From an uncultured Dehalococcoidia bacterium (lineage in GTDB: Bacteria; Chloroflexota; Dehalococcoidia; Lucifugimonadales; UBA1127), in the NCBI GenBank assembly GCA_964612825.1, contig CAZTCW010000014.1:11114-75113 (forward strand): 64,000 bases of DNA. The letters are read 5' to 3'. Under the pieces are notes generated by a model, which worked only from the letters and a program-made list of their open reading frames with translations, was not told the DNA's origin and did not search any database. Shown here piece after piece: positions 55,783 through 64,000 of this stretch. Position 1 is the stretch's first letter. Each line of letters begins with the position of its first letter. Made by a program: the position numbers and the translations under genes.

Positions 55783-56559
55783 TCAAACCCCCATAATATT
55801 GTAGCCACAATCTACCGGAATAATTGCCCCGGTAATACCACTGGAGAGTTCACTGCTTAGGAATAAAGCGGTGTTGGCTATTTCTTCTTGTGTAATTCCT
55901 CGTCCCATCGGAGATCGTTCAGCATGAGCGGTTTTCATAACTCTGTAATTTGAAATCACCCGTGAGGATAATGTATCTACTGGCCCTGCAGAGATAGCGT
56001 TTACCCGGATGTTTGATGGGCCGTATTCTGCCGCTAACTGGCGAACCGAATTCTCCAAAGCAGCCTTTGCTGTTCCCATAACATTATATCCAGGGAAAAC
56101 TCTTTCGGATGCTTGGAAGGTCAGAGTGATTATACTTCCCCCTTCGTTTCCCATTAAGGTTGAAGACAATTTCGTAATGGGTAATAAGGAATAGGCGCTA
56201 ATTTCTAAAGCAGTTTGAAATCCCTCTCGCGGGGTGTGAGAGAACTGCCCCCCTAAATCTTCCCGATTAGCAAAGGCTATACTATGAACTACTACAGACA
56301 ATTGATTCACTTGGTTGCTTATTTGCTCAAACGCGGTTGAAATACCCTGGTCGTCACTTACGTCACATTCGACAATTGAAGCGTTTTGGAGGGTCGAAGT
56401 TAGTTTTTCGATTGGTTCTCTCAGACGGGAATTTTGATAGGCTAAAATTAACTTCATCCCTGCTTGATCCAAGATTTTCGTTATCGCCCAAGCTATACTA
56501 CGGTGATTTGCTACTCCGAAAATCAGTCCATTTTTTCCCTCGAGATCTTTTGCAAACAT
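55783..56559 (-). CDS. fabI: Enoyl-[acyl-carrier-protein] reductase (NADH)
   Basis: GLIFGVANHRSIAWAI, a Y...K catalytic region (YNVMGTAKAALE) and NAISAGP. Confidence 0.95.
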   Translation of the reverse strand: MFAKDLEGKNGLIFGVANHRSIAWAITKILDQAGMKLILAYQNSRLREPIEKLTSTLQNASIVECDVSDDQGISTAFEQISNQVNQLSVVVHSIAFANREDLGGQFSHTPREGFQTALEISAYSLLPITKLSSTLMGNEGGSIITLTFQASERVFPGYNVMGTAKAALENSVRQLAAEYGPSNIRVNAISAGPVDTLSSRVISNYRVMKTAHAERSPMGRGITQEEIANTALFLSSELSSGITGAIIPVDCGYNIMGV

Positions 56560-56705
56560 AGCGCCTCTCGTTACCCAAACATAATCAGAATTTAGGAATA
56601 TAAACTAATATATCTATCTTATCATCTCTTACCTTCAGTTAAAACAAATTCAATTAAAAAAGCTGGTAGATGTAGATGGTTATAGTAAACGATTTTAGCT
56701 TGTTA

Positions 56706-57971
56706 TTAAACTGTTTCCATCCTTAGGAAATGTTTTCGTGGGTTCCTGAGTAGCCAGACGATGGTGACTATGGAAAGAAGGAGCCCAGACCAAAATAGGA
56801 CAATCGGAGCGGATAAAATACTTGTCAAATATCCAAGTAATAATCCTCCAATGGCGGTGGAGCCCCAAGTAAACTGGTGGATACTCATCACTCTTCCACG
56901 ATATTCTTCTGAAACTAAGGTTTGGATAACAACATTATTTAGAGTGTTGAACATTACACTTGATATTCCGACCAGGGTTATTATCCCAACCCCAATAGTC
57001 AATGAATCGGATTGGGAAAATATCATAAGGTTCAGTGAAAACCCAACCGCTCCAACAATGAATAAATTTATTGATGAGTTCATAGTAGCTGACTGAGCTA
57101 TGACGATTGCTCCTAGAAGTCCCCCAACGCCTTCCCCCAATAAGAGAAGACTGTAACTGTTCAATCCTCCCAGAAACACTGTATCAGCAAATATTGGAAG
57201 TAAGGTTGTAAACGACATTCCCAATATACCGAAAATAATGGCTATTAAAATTAGCGAGCGAATGTGTCGCTGGTCTCGGATGTAAAATACTCCCTGTTTT
57301 AGGTTCTGCCAGTTTGAATTTTTGTTCTTTTGGCTGCCAATAGCTTTGGTTTTAATGAGGGCGATTGAAAATACAGTGAGTAAATAGGCAGCTCCGACCG
57401 AAAAAAACAATCCTCCGAGGCCTATAATTTTTACTGTTAGTGATAACAGTGCAGGACCTATAACGGAAGCAGATCCAGGTAGGAGAGCATAAAGTGAGAT
57501 TGCATTAGGCAGGAGATGTTTTGGGACTAAATTGGCAACCATAGCTTGCCTCGACGGTATATCGAACGCCAAGAGAATGCTTGTAAAAAATGATGTAGCT
57601 ATGATGTGCCATGGTTCGATTAACTCAAACACTATGAGAGCACCTGTGACAAAAGCTATGGCTGCGAATAAAGCTCTAGTCACCATAATTAATTTTGCTC
57701 TATTTACCCGGTCAGCAATTACGCCTCCCCACATTGTTAGAAGCAACATTGGGCCAAGGCTTGATGCAGTGACGAATCCCAACATTGTAGGAGACTCAGA
57801 TAATTGTTTCATTAGCCAAAGACGGCCGGCTATCAATATCCACATCCCGATATTTGAGGTAGCTCCTCCAATCCAAAACAACCGGTAATCACGGTATCGG
57901 AATGAACTAAAACGTTGGGATTGATAAGAAATGGATAACTCCAAGAAATATGTTTGGGAGAATGATAGCAC
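56706..57971 (-). CDS. MFS transporter (MFS_3 / EntS-like type)
   Basis: YRDYRLFWIGGATSNIGMWI and GGVIADRVNRAK motifs. Paralog of 479..1768. Confidence 0.8.
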   Translation of the reverse strand: MLSFSQTYFLELSISYQSQRFSSFRYRDYRLFWIGGATSNIGMWILIAGRLWLMKQLSESPTMLGFVTASSLGPMLLLTMWGGVIADRVNRAKLIMVTRALFAAIAFVTGALIVFELIEPWHIIATSFFTSILLAFDIPSRQAMVANLVPKHLLPNAISLYALLPGSASVIGPALLSLTVKIIGLGGLFFSVGAAYLLTVFSIALIKTKAIGSQKNKNSNWQNLKQGVFYIRDQRHIRSLILIAIIFGILGMSFTTLLPIFADTVFLGGLNSYSLLLLGEGVGGLLGAIVIAQSATMNSSINLFIVGAVGFSLNLMIFSQSDSLTIGVGIITLVGISSVMFNTLNNVVIQTLVSEEYRGRVMSIHQFTWGSTAIGGLLLGYLTSILSAPIVLFWSGLLLSIVTIVWLLRNPRKHFLRMETV

Positions 57972-58051
57972 GCTGGTTTAGAAGAGGGTTGTAATAACCT
58001 AGTTAAATCAGAGACAATATGTAACTAGTTTATGTTTATGGAAGGAGTCGA

Positions 58052-58606
58052 ATGCTGGCAAAAAAGATTCTATTCTGCTGTCTTCTAGTTTTGGGGAGTT
58101 TTTTGATTGTTGGGTGCAATTTAAATTCATCTGAACCAGCCCCAGTGATTCAAATTGCAGCTCCTGAGCCAGTTGAACCTTCTATCAATTTGCTAGATGC
58201 TGTAGGTAATGGAGATTTAGTTTTGGTGACTCAGCATATCGAATTTGGGTCGAATTTGAATAAGCCATTCGTTTCTGATGGGAAACTAGGCGCCGGAGGT
58301 TCACCTCTTCACCTTGCAGTTGTTACGAAACAAAAGGATATTGCTCGCGCACTGATTGAAGGAGGCGCTTATATAGATATTAGGGCTAAAGATGTTGTAG
58401 GGGGTACCCCTCTACATTGGGTGGCTTTCTATGGGATGTTAGATATGACAGAACTTTTAGTTACCTCGGGGGCTGATTTAAATTCTAAAGACAATTTTGG
58501 TTCGATCCCCCTTGATGCTGCGAAGGCCCAGAACGAAATTTCGAATGAAGCAGATAAATTAGCAGTTGTGAAGTATCTATCAAGTTTTGTTACCATTGAC
58601 CAATAA
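58052..58606 (+). CDS. Ankyrin-repeat lipoprotein (exported)
   Basis: Signal peptide with lipobox LIVGC. There are at least three ankyrin repeats (GGSPLHLAVVTKQKDIARALIEGGAYID, GGTPLHWVAFYGMLDMTELLVTSGADLN, GSIPLDAA). GGAAGGAG RBS. Confidence 0.85.
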   Translation: MLAKKILFCCLLVLGSFLIVGCNLNSSEPAPVIQIAAPEPVEPSINLLDAVGNGDLVLVTQHIEFGSNLNKPFVSDGKLGAGGSPLHLAVVTKQKDIARALIEGGAYIDIRAKDVVGGTPLHWVAFYGMLDMTELLVTSGADLNSKDNFGSIPLDAAKAQNEISNEADKLAVVKYLSSFVTIDQ

Positions 58607-58709
58607 TGTTATTCCATTGACGTGATAAATTTGTTCCTAGTCTGATGTTCCGCAACCCAAGTTAATTCTTCAGCGGACCTTTTCAACTTCGGAGGGTTGA
58701 TTAGCAAAG

Positions 58710-59612
58710 ATGTTTGGTGTTTTTTTAAGTGTTGTTCTTCCCATTTTTTTTATGGCAGGGTTAGGAGCGCTGATTGGGCGGGTTAAAGCACTTCCCGCAG
58801 GTCCCATCAGTCAAATTACCCTTTACATTTTTTCCCCGTGCCTAATCTGTTTTTCCATTGCTCACACTACCCTTCCTCAACAAGATTTGGGTCTTATAAC
58901 TTTGTTCGGATTTCTCCTTGCGGGAGTATTGTATGTTTTAGGAATTATCGGCTCCAAATTTTCTGGCATGGGAGCATCTGGACAAGGCGCGTTTCTTTTG
59001 GCCGTATTATTCGGAAATTCCGGTAATTATGGGTTGCCACTTGCGTTATTTGCTTTTGGCCAGGAGGGCTTGGACCGCGCTATTGTTTTCTTGGTGAGCC
59101 AAGCAATTCTTTCTGGGACATTATCTATCTACGTAGCCTCAAGCAGTAAAGTCGGACCCATGGGCGCTTTAAAGGCTGTGGTTCGGATGCCTATGGTATA
59201 CGCTTCATTTATCGGGTTGTTCTTCAATTTAACGGATTTTTCTATGCCGGGACTCATTGCTAATCCGATGGAGATCCTTGGAAATGCTGCGGTTCCTTCC
59301 ATGCTAATGGTTCTTGGTATTCAACTTTCAACAAAATTCTCTCTCGATAATTCCAGGGCTCTTCTTCTCGTGGTAATACTTCGATTGTTGGTTCCAGCGG
59401 GGTTGGCATTCTTATTAACTTCTCTGTTAGGGATCAGTGGTCTAACCCAAGAAGTCCTCATCGTTCTCTCGGTTATGCCAACAGCGGTATTTACAATAAT
59501 CATTGCTTCAGAATTTGATTCCCGTCCAACTTTTGTTACCAATGCTGTGGTAATTACCACCTTTGGAAGCCTACTAACGATAGCTCCTCTCATCTGGTTC
59601 CTTAGGGCCTAA
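58710..59612 (+). CDS. AEC (auxin efflux carrier) family permease
   Basis: 300 aa with about 10 TM segments. It has the LPIFFMAGLGALIGR N-terminus and NSGNYGLPL motif typical of the family. Confidence 0.8.
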   Translation: MFGVFLSVVLPIFFMAGLGALIGRVKALPAGPISQITLYIFSPCLICFSIAHTTLPQQDLGLITLFGFLLAGVLYVLGIIGSKFSGMGASGQGAFLLAVLFGNSGNYGLPLALFAFGQEGLDRAIVFLVSQAILSGTLSIYVASSSKVGPMGALKAVVRMPMVYASFIGLFFNLTDFSMPGLIANPMEILGNAAVPSMLMVLGIQLSTKFSLDNSRALLLVVILRLLVPAGLAFLLTSLLGISGLTQEVLIVLSVMPTAVFTIIIASEFDSRPTFVTNAVVITTFGSLLTIAPLIWFLRA

Positions 59613-59670
59613 CTGAGATTACTAAATTTCTTTCATATTCCGAATATAAGTGCTCCTGTGCAAAAAAATT

Positions 59671-60804
59671 ATGAGAAGATTAAAAACGAATTTATTATTG
59701 ATGGGGATCAGTTCTCTTTTTTTGGGGATCTTGAATTGCAGTGCGTCTGCCCCTGAGCCTCAAATCTCTCTGTTGGATTCAAACCGTGTCGAGGAGCCAA
59801 ACCTAGTGGAGACTATAAAAGTCCCAACTTTTGTTGGTCAGCCTATTCGATTGCCAGAGGATGATTCTGAGCATGTCGGAGTTACTACTGAATGGTGGTA
59901 TTACAACGGGCATTTAGTTACGGAAAATGGGAAAGCTTTTGACTTCCATTATGTGGTTTTCGCCCTGGTGCAACCTGATTTATCTCCTGTAGCTATCGCA
60001 CATTTGGGGATTGGAGACGTTCAGGAAGAGGTATACGTTCAAGGCCAACGGATCGATCTTCTTTCTGCTGCTAGACGGGAAGGGAAAGGGTTTGCATTCA
60101 ATCTTCAAGATTGGACTATGTCTGGATTTGATGGGAACGATAAATTGAAAGCCTCTGTTGAAGATTATGAATTCGACCTAAACGTCAAACCCTTGCGTCC
60201 ACCTATCTTGCATTCGAAAGATGGCGTCTTGGATTTTGAACGAGCCGGTACATCTTATTATTATTCGCGGACAAGACAGGAAATTTCAGGGAATATCCTG
60301 GTTCGTAATGTTGATTATTCTGTATCAGGAATTGGTTGGTTTGACCATCAATGGGGAGATTTTACCCCTGTACAAATTGGTTGGGATTGGTTTTCTCTTC
60401 AGTTATCTGATGAGACGGATCTTATGATAACGGCGTTACGTGACGATGCAAACGAAAGTATCTCTCGATACGGGACATTCGTTCAATCAAACGGAATTTC
60501 TTTTGATCTGACTGAAAATGAAATTGAAATAGAACCGTTGGACTGTTGGGTGAGTGCGTCAAGTGGAATTTCCTATCCTATCCAATGGAAAATTAAGGTA
60601 CCTCGCTATGGAATCGACTTAGTTCTTGAGAGTCGAATCCCGGAATCTGAATTCGATTCAATCGCCACCACCGGGAATCATTATTGGGAGGGTGCTGTTG
60701 AAATTTCAGGGACTCATTCTGGAGACGGGTTTGTCGAGTTGGCAGGATACCCCTATCCCGATAGTTCCCTATTGGAGACCTCAAAAGAACCCTGTGGTAT
60801 CTAG
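59671..60804 (+). CDS. CrtC/AttH-like lipocalin-fold protein (carotenoid 1,2-hydratase family), probable lipoprotein
   Basis: Signal peptide with LGILNC lipobox. TEWWYYNGHL and GIGWFDHQWGDF are hallmark blocks of the CrtC N-terminal / AttH family. Confidence 0.75.
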   Translation: MRRLKTNLLLMGISSLFLGILNCSASAPEPQISLLDSNRVEEPNLVETIKVPTFVGQPIRLPEDDSEHVGVTTEWWYYNGHLVTENGKAFDFHYVVFALVQPDLSPVAIAHLGIGDVQEEVYVQGQRIDLLSAARREGKGFAFNLQDWTMSGFDGNDKLKASVEDYEFDLNVKPLRPPILHSKDGVLDFERAGTSYYYSRTRQEISGNILVRNVDYSVSGIGWFDHQWGDFTPVQIGWDWFSLQLSDETDLMITALRDDANESISRYGTFVQSNGISFDLTENEIEIEPLDCWVSASSGISYPIQWKIKVPRYGIDLVLESRIPESEFDSIATTGNHYWEGAVEISGTHSGDGFVELAGYPYPDSSLLETSKEPCGI

Positions 60805-60874
60805 TAGCTCCATTTTCAATCGAGGGAAATCGTTTACCTACTGGGAAACTCTCACCGTGTCCTCGGGCCTCTCT

Positions 60875-61126
60875 TTAAAGAATTTGGATTATTTTCCTTA
60901 TGAGTGAGACTAAATTTTTTACCCCAAAAAACACTCCTACAAGGAATACAGGGAAGAGCTTGAACGCCAGGAGCCAACCTATAGGGGATGCATACAATCT
61001 GGTGACTGCGAAAAATCCAACCAACAGGAGGAGGATAAAAGCAATTACCCCCAATACTTCTCGCCGTAGGTTTTGTTTTTGTGGTTGCAAGAGATTGTTC
61101 ATGGTAAGTGTTTTGGCAAGGCCCAA
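60875..61126 (-). CDS. Hypothetical small membrane protein (two predicted TM helices)
   Basis: 83-aa ORF with two hydrophobic stretches (VLGVIAFILLLLVGFFAV, LLAFKLFPVFLVGVFFGV). No family recognised. The antisense ORF 60900..61133 is a less protein-like alternative. Confidence 0.4.
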   Translation of the reverse strand: MGLAKTLTMNNLLQPQKQNLRREVLGVIAFILLLLVGFFAVTRLYASPIGWLLAFKLFPVFLVGVFFGVKNLVSLIRKIIQIL

Positions 61127-61313
61127 GAATTAAAAACCCAGTTCCCGACCATTCAAATTATATTCCCATCATCCATCGTTTGGTACTTTAACTAGCATCA
61201 TTGGTTTCAAGAACTTGGAGGGTTATGTATCTAAGAGGGATTTTCGTTTAGGAGTTCTTGTCGAGCTTTGAATCCCATGGTAGTCTGAATCTGAATAAAC
61301 TTCCAAGGATATT

Positions 61314-62621
61314 ATGATTAACAGTCGAACTGAACCCACTAAAACATATTACGGTTGGTTTATCGTAGCAGCGGTATTCGCCGTTCTCATGGTAACTGTC
61401 GGCGCTCGTAATAGCGTCGGTGTTTTTGTTCTACCCATGAGCGATGAATTCGGATGGAATCGGAGCATTATCTCGTTTGCTGGTGCACTTGGGGTCTTAG
61501 TAAATGGATTGAGTCAACCCTTTTTAGGAAATGCATACGATCGCCTGGGAGGACGGAAACTTATTCTAACGGGCGTATTAATTATTGGAATTACCTTGGC
61601 CCTTTTGTCTCTTACTTTCCATTTCGCGTATTTTGTTCTCATTTTAGGGATTATTATGGCCATCGCTATGAGCGCTGGCTCAATTACTACTGGAGCAGTA
61701 CTTGTGTCTAAATGGTTTGAAAAAAAACGGGCTACAGCCATTTCGATAAGTTCCGCTGGAGTATCGGTTGGAGGATTGATCCTTGTCCCTTTCGCTACTT
61801 ATTTGGTTCTCCTGATTGGATGGAGGTTCACTTGGGTCGCCTTAGGTTCGTTAATCGTGTTTCTGGTACTCCCCATGGCCTATTTTTTATTACGGGATGA
61901 CCCGGCTGATTTGGGTCTTTACCCCGACGGGGAAAAGAAAACTGAAGGGTCTGATTCCCGGGAAAACCCTAGGGTTTCAAAGGGGCCGCTAGTTGTAGAT
62001 GATGATTGGCGGAAAGCATTCCGATCCTTCCCAATGTGGCAACTGTGCGTTTCCTACTTTGTATGTGGGTTTACTACGTTAATTATGTCCATACATTTTG
62101 TTCCCTACGCTGTGGAAAGAGGATTTTCCCCGCAAACTGCGGCTACCGCGTTTGGCGTCCTTAGTATGATGAACACTATTGGTGTGTTAATCGTAGGTCC
62201 TCTGTGTGATAAATTTGGTAACAAAAACCTTCTTGGATTCTTGTACGGCTTCAGAGGTATTGGGTACGTCCTTCTGTTACTCCTCCCAGGGCAGTGGGGG
62301 CTTTGGGCCTTCGCTGTTATCACTGGTGCTTCATGGGTGGCAACAGTTCCTCCAACTACGGCGCTTACAGCCGATGTATATGGATTAAAAAAAGTGGGGA
62401 CTTTGAGCGGAATAGCTTTTATGGCTCACCAAATTGGGGGATCCATAGGAATTCAATTTGGCGGAATAGCACGCGACATAACTGGCTCCTACACTTCACC
62501 GTTCTCGATAGCCGTAGTGCTACTAATTATAGCGAGTGTAACGAGTTTTTCTATTCAAGAAAAGCGATTTTCCAGTAAATATCAACCCGGAAACCTTAAC
62601 CCCGCTGCCTTGAAAGGATAG
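61314..62621 (+). CDS. MFS transporter (oxalate/formate antiporter-like group)
   Basis: TYYGWFIVAAVFAVLM N-terminus and central loop RDDPADLGLYPDG. Paralog of 2895..4220 and 7350..8645. Confidence 0.85.
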   Translation: MINSRTEPTKTYYGWFIVAAVFAVLMVTVGARNSVGVFVLPMSDEFGWNRSIISFAGALGVLVNGLSQPFLGNAYDRLGGRKLILTGVLIIGITLALLSLTFHFAYFVLILGIIMAIAMSAGSITTGAVLVSKWFEKKRATAISISSAGVSVGGLILVPFATYLVLLIGWRFTWVALGSLIVFLVLPMAYFLLRDDPADLGLYPDGEKKTEGSDSRENPRVSKGPLVVDDDWRKAFRSFPMWQLCVSYFVCGFTTLIMSIHFVPYAVERGFSPQTAATAFGVLSMMNTIGVLIVGPLCDKFGNKNLLGFLYGFRGIGYVLLLLLPGQWGLWAFAVITGASWVATVPPTTALTADVYGLKKVGTLSGIAFMAHQIGGSIGIQFGGIARDITGSYTSPFSIAVVLLIIASVTSFSIQEKRFSSKYQPGNLNPAALKG

Positions 62622-62625
62622 GAAA

Positions 62626-62817
62626 ATGCAGCCGGCCTCTGTTCCCTACCACCATGAAGCTACGGGGGATCCCGAGTTGTTTGTATGGATTAAAAACCAG
62701 ATAGATTATCTGTTTAACGTCGAACCAATCCATTGGGTGATTCTTTTGGGTTCTGGGATTATTTTGGTCCCCACATTAATCTTGGGTTTGTATTTTTTTG
62801 AACGGAGAAGAACTTAG
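62626..62817 (+). CDS. Hypothetical 63-aa single-pass membrane protein
   Basis: Starts 4 nt after the MFS stop, with AGGAAA 3 nt upstream. It has a C-terminal TM helix HWVILLGSGIILVPTLILGLYFF followed by ERRRT. Confidence 0.45.
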   Translation: MQPASVPYHHEATGDPELFVWIKNQIDYLFNVEPIHWVILLGSGIILVPTLILGLYFFERRRT

Positions 62818-62892
62818 TTTATTAGAAGGATTTACCCTAAGGAATCAAACTATTCTTTTGCTAGACTACTATCATAATGTTTAGGAGTTTCG

Positions 62893-64000
62893 ATGCCTGA
62901 ATCCCATAATAATCATTCTATTGATTTTATTCGAGAAATCGTCTGGAGTGATAAGGAATCGAATAAATGGAGCGGGGAAATAATCACCAGATTTCCTCCC
63001 GAGCCCAATGGATACTTACATATTGGGCATGCTAAATCTCTTTGTCTGAACTTTGGAATAGCTGCGGAAACTGGGGGGAGATGTCATCTAAGATTTGATG
63101 ATACGAACCCAGCACGAGAAGAAGAGGAATTTGTTGAATCGATAAAAGAAGATGTTCGCTGGCTGGGATGGGATTGGGGGGAGCATCTTTACTTTGCCTC
63201 AGATTATTTTGACGCACTTTTCGACTTTGCTATCCGCCTGATAGAGGCTGGGAAAGCTTATGTTGATGATTTAAGCGCGGAGGAAATCAGACGAGATAGA
63301 GGGACGTTGACGGAGGCCGGGAAAGAAAGCCCATTTAGAAACCGATCCCTTGTAGAAAACTTGGAGCTATTCCAAAAGATGAAATCAGGAGACTTTCCTG
63401 AAGGAGCTCATGTCCTTAGGGCTAAAATTGACATGTCATCCCCCAATCTGAACCTGCGTGATCCGGTACTTTATAGGATTGTAAAGGCTTCCCATCACAG
63501 AACTGGGGGAAAATGGTGCATTTACCCGATGTACGACTTTGCTCACGGGCAGTCAGATTCAATAGAAAATGTTACCCATTCAATTTGCACGATGGAATTC
63601 GAGGACCATCGGCCATTGTATGACTGGTTTATCGATGTTCTTGGCATTCACCATCCTCAGCAAATCGAATTTGCCCGTCTAAATCTTAGCCATACCGTCC
63701 TAAGCAAAAGGAAACTTGCTAATTTAGTTAGCGAGGGATATGTATCTGGTTGGGATGATCCTAGGATGCCGACCCTTTCTGGTCTTCGAAGAAGAGGGTA
63801 CACTCCTCAGTCGATTAAGAACTTCTGCGAACGAATAGGGGTTGCCAAGAGGCAAAATACGGTGGAAATGGCGTTATTAGAGCATTGCGTCAGGGAAGAT
63901 TTAAATGAAAGGTCTCCTCGGGTGTTGGCAGTTCTTCACCCTCTCAAGGTAGTCATAGAAAACTATCCCGAAGGGGAAGTGGAACATCTTGAAGCCTTGA
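62893..64000 (+). CDS. glnS: Glutamine--tRNA ligase, 3' end outside the window
   Basis: My translation is [17 protein letters not shown]...[24 protein letters not shown]...[10 protein letters not shown]...VLSKRKL (HIGH and MSK motifs of GlnS). AGGAG RBS at 62883-62887. It is missing from the ORF track because no stop occurs before the window ends. Confidence 0.95.
   Translation, partial: MPESHNNHSIDFIREIVWSDKESNKWSGEIITRFPPEPNGYLHIGHAKSLCLNFGIAAETGGRCHLRFDDTNPAREEEEFVESIKEDVRWLGWDWGEHLYFASDYFDALFDFAIRLIEAGKAYVDDLSAEEIRRDRGTLTEAGKESPFRNRSLVENLELFQKMKSGDFPEGAHVLRAKIDMSSPNLNLRDPVLYRIVKASHHRTGGKWCIYPMYDFAHGQSDSIENVTHSICTMEFEDHRPLYDWFIDVLGIHHPQQIEFARLNLSHTVLSKRKLANLVSEGYVSGWDDPRMPTLSGLRRRGYTPQSIKNFCERIGVAKRQNTVEMALLEHCVREDLNERSPRVLAVLHPLKVVIENYPEGEVEHLEAL

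Noticed and set aside
1-64000. Genomic island, prophage or mobile element.
   Set aside because: I saw no integrase, transposase, recombinase or phage structural gene. There is no tRNA attachment site, and I noticed no terminal inverted or direct repeats. Apart from intergenic AT-rich patches, composition looks uniform by eye.

Overview
This is a dense, almost fully coding 64-kb stretch of a bacterial chromosome with about 70 CDS on both strands, short gaps and GGAGG-type ribosome-binding sites. I found no rRNA, tRNA, CRISPR array, transposase, integrase or prophage signature. Most genes are recognisable housekeeping genes:
- Isoprenoid, fatty-acid and ribosome-linked genes: ispH, yceD-rpmF, fabD, nusB, acpP, fabI.
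- Amino-acid and cofactor genes: trpA-aroH-aroF, ribF-tyrS, a class-V aminotransferase with serA.
- DNA metabolism: ligA-pth, yebC-ruvC-ruvA, thyX-sfsA-EndoIII-like.
- Central metabolism: an lpd-E1alpha-E1beta-E2 2-oxoacid dehydrogenase operon and a two-subunit 2-oxoacid:ferredoxin oxidoreductase.
- Others: rlmD-like-maf-tatA-tatC, rpsU, purQ, htpX and the 5' part of glnS.

Between these sit 7 MFS transporters in at least two paralog groups, a luciferase-like oxidoreductase, a 960-aa FAD/Fe-S oxidase and a family III CoA-transferase. Several DUF proteins typical of Actinobacteria and Chloroflexi are also present (DUF3090, DUF5679, DUF2203, DUF1015). This mix suggests a Chloroflexota (SAR202/Dehalococcoidia-like) organism, but that is a low-confidence inference.

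I do not see a clear, self-contained novel system such as a defence island or a toxin module. The best leads are:
1. A terminator-bounded unit of htpX, an unknown 194-aa protein, an FmdB zinc ribbon and a CcmE homolog whose heme-binding His is replaced by Cys (CxxxY), with no other ccm genes nearby.
2. A DUF3090 / unannotated 47-aa zinc ribbon / PHP / DUF2203 cluster.
3. An exported ankyrin lipoprotein / AEC permease / CrtC-AttH-like lipoprotein trio.
4. A flippase-like / orphan JAMM protease / truncated SNase-like trio.
5. A tandem-duplicated ThyX.
6. An MFS transporter with a repeat-encoded (GGH)n tail.
7. A 570-bp intergenic region with a core of about 23% G+C and a repeated AACC(C)GTTCA motif.

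All family calls come from motif recognition by eye. No database search was run.
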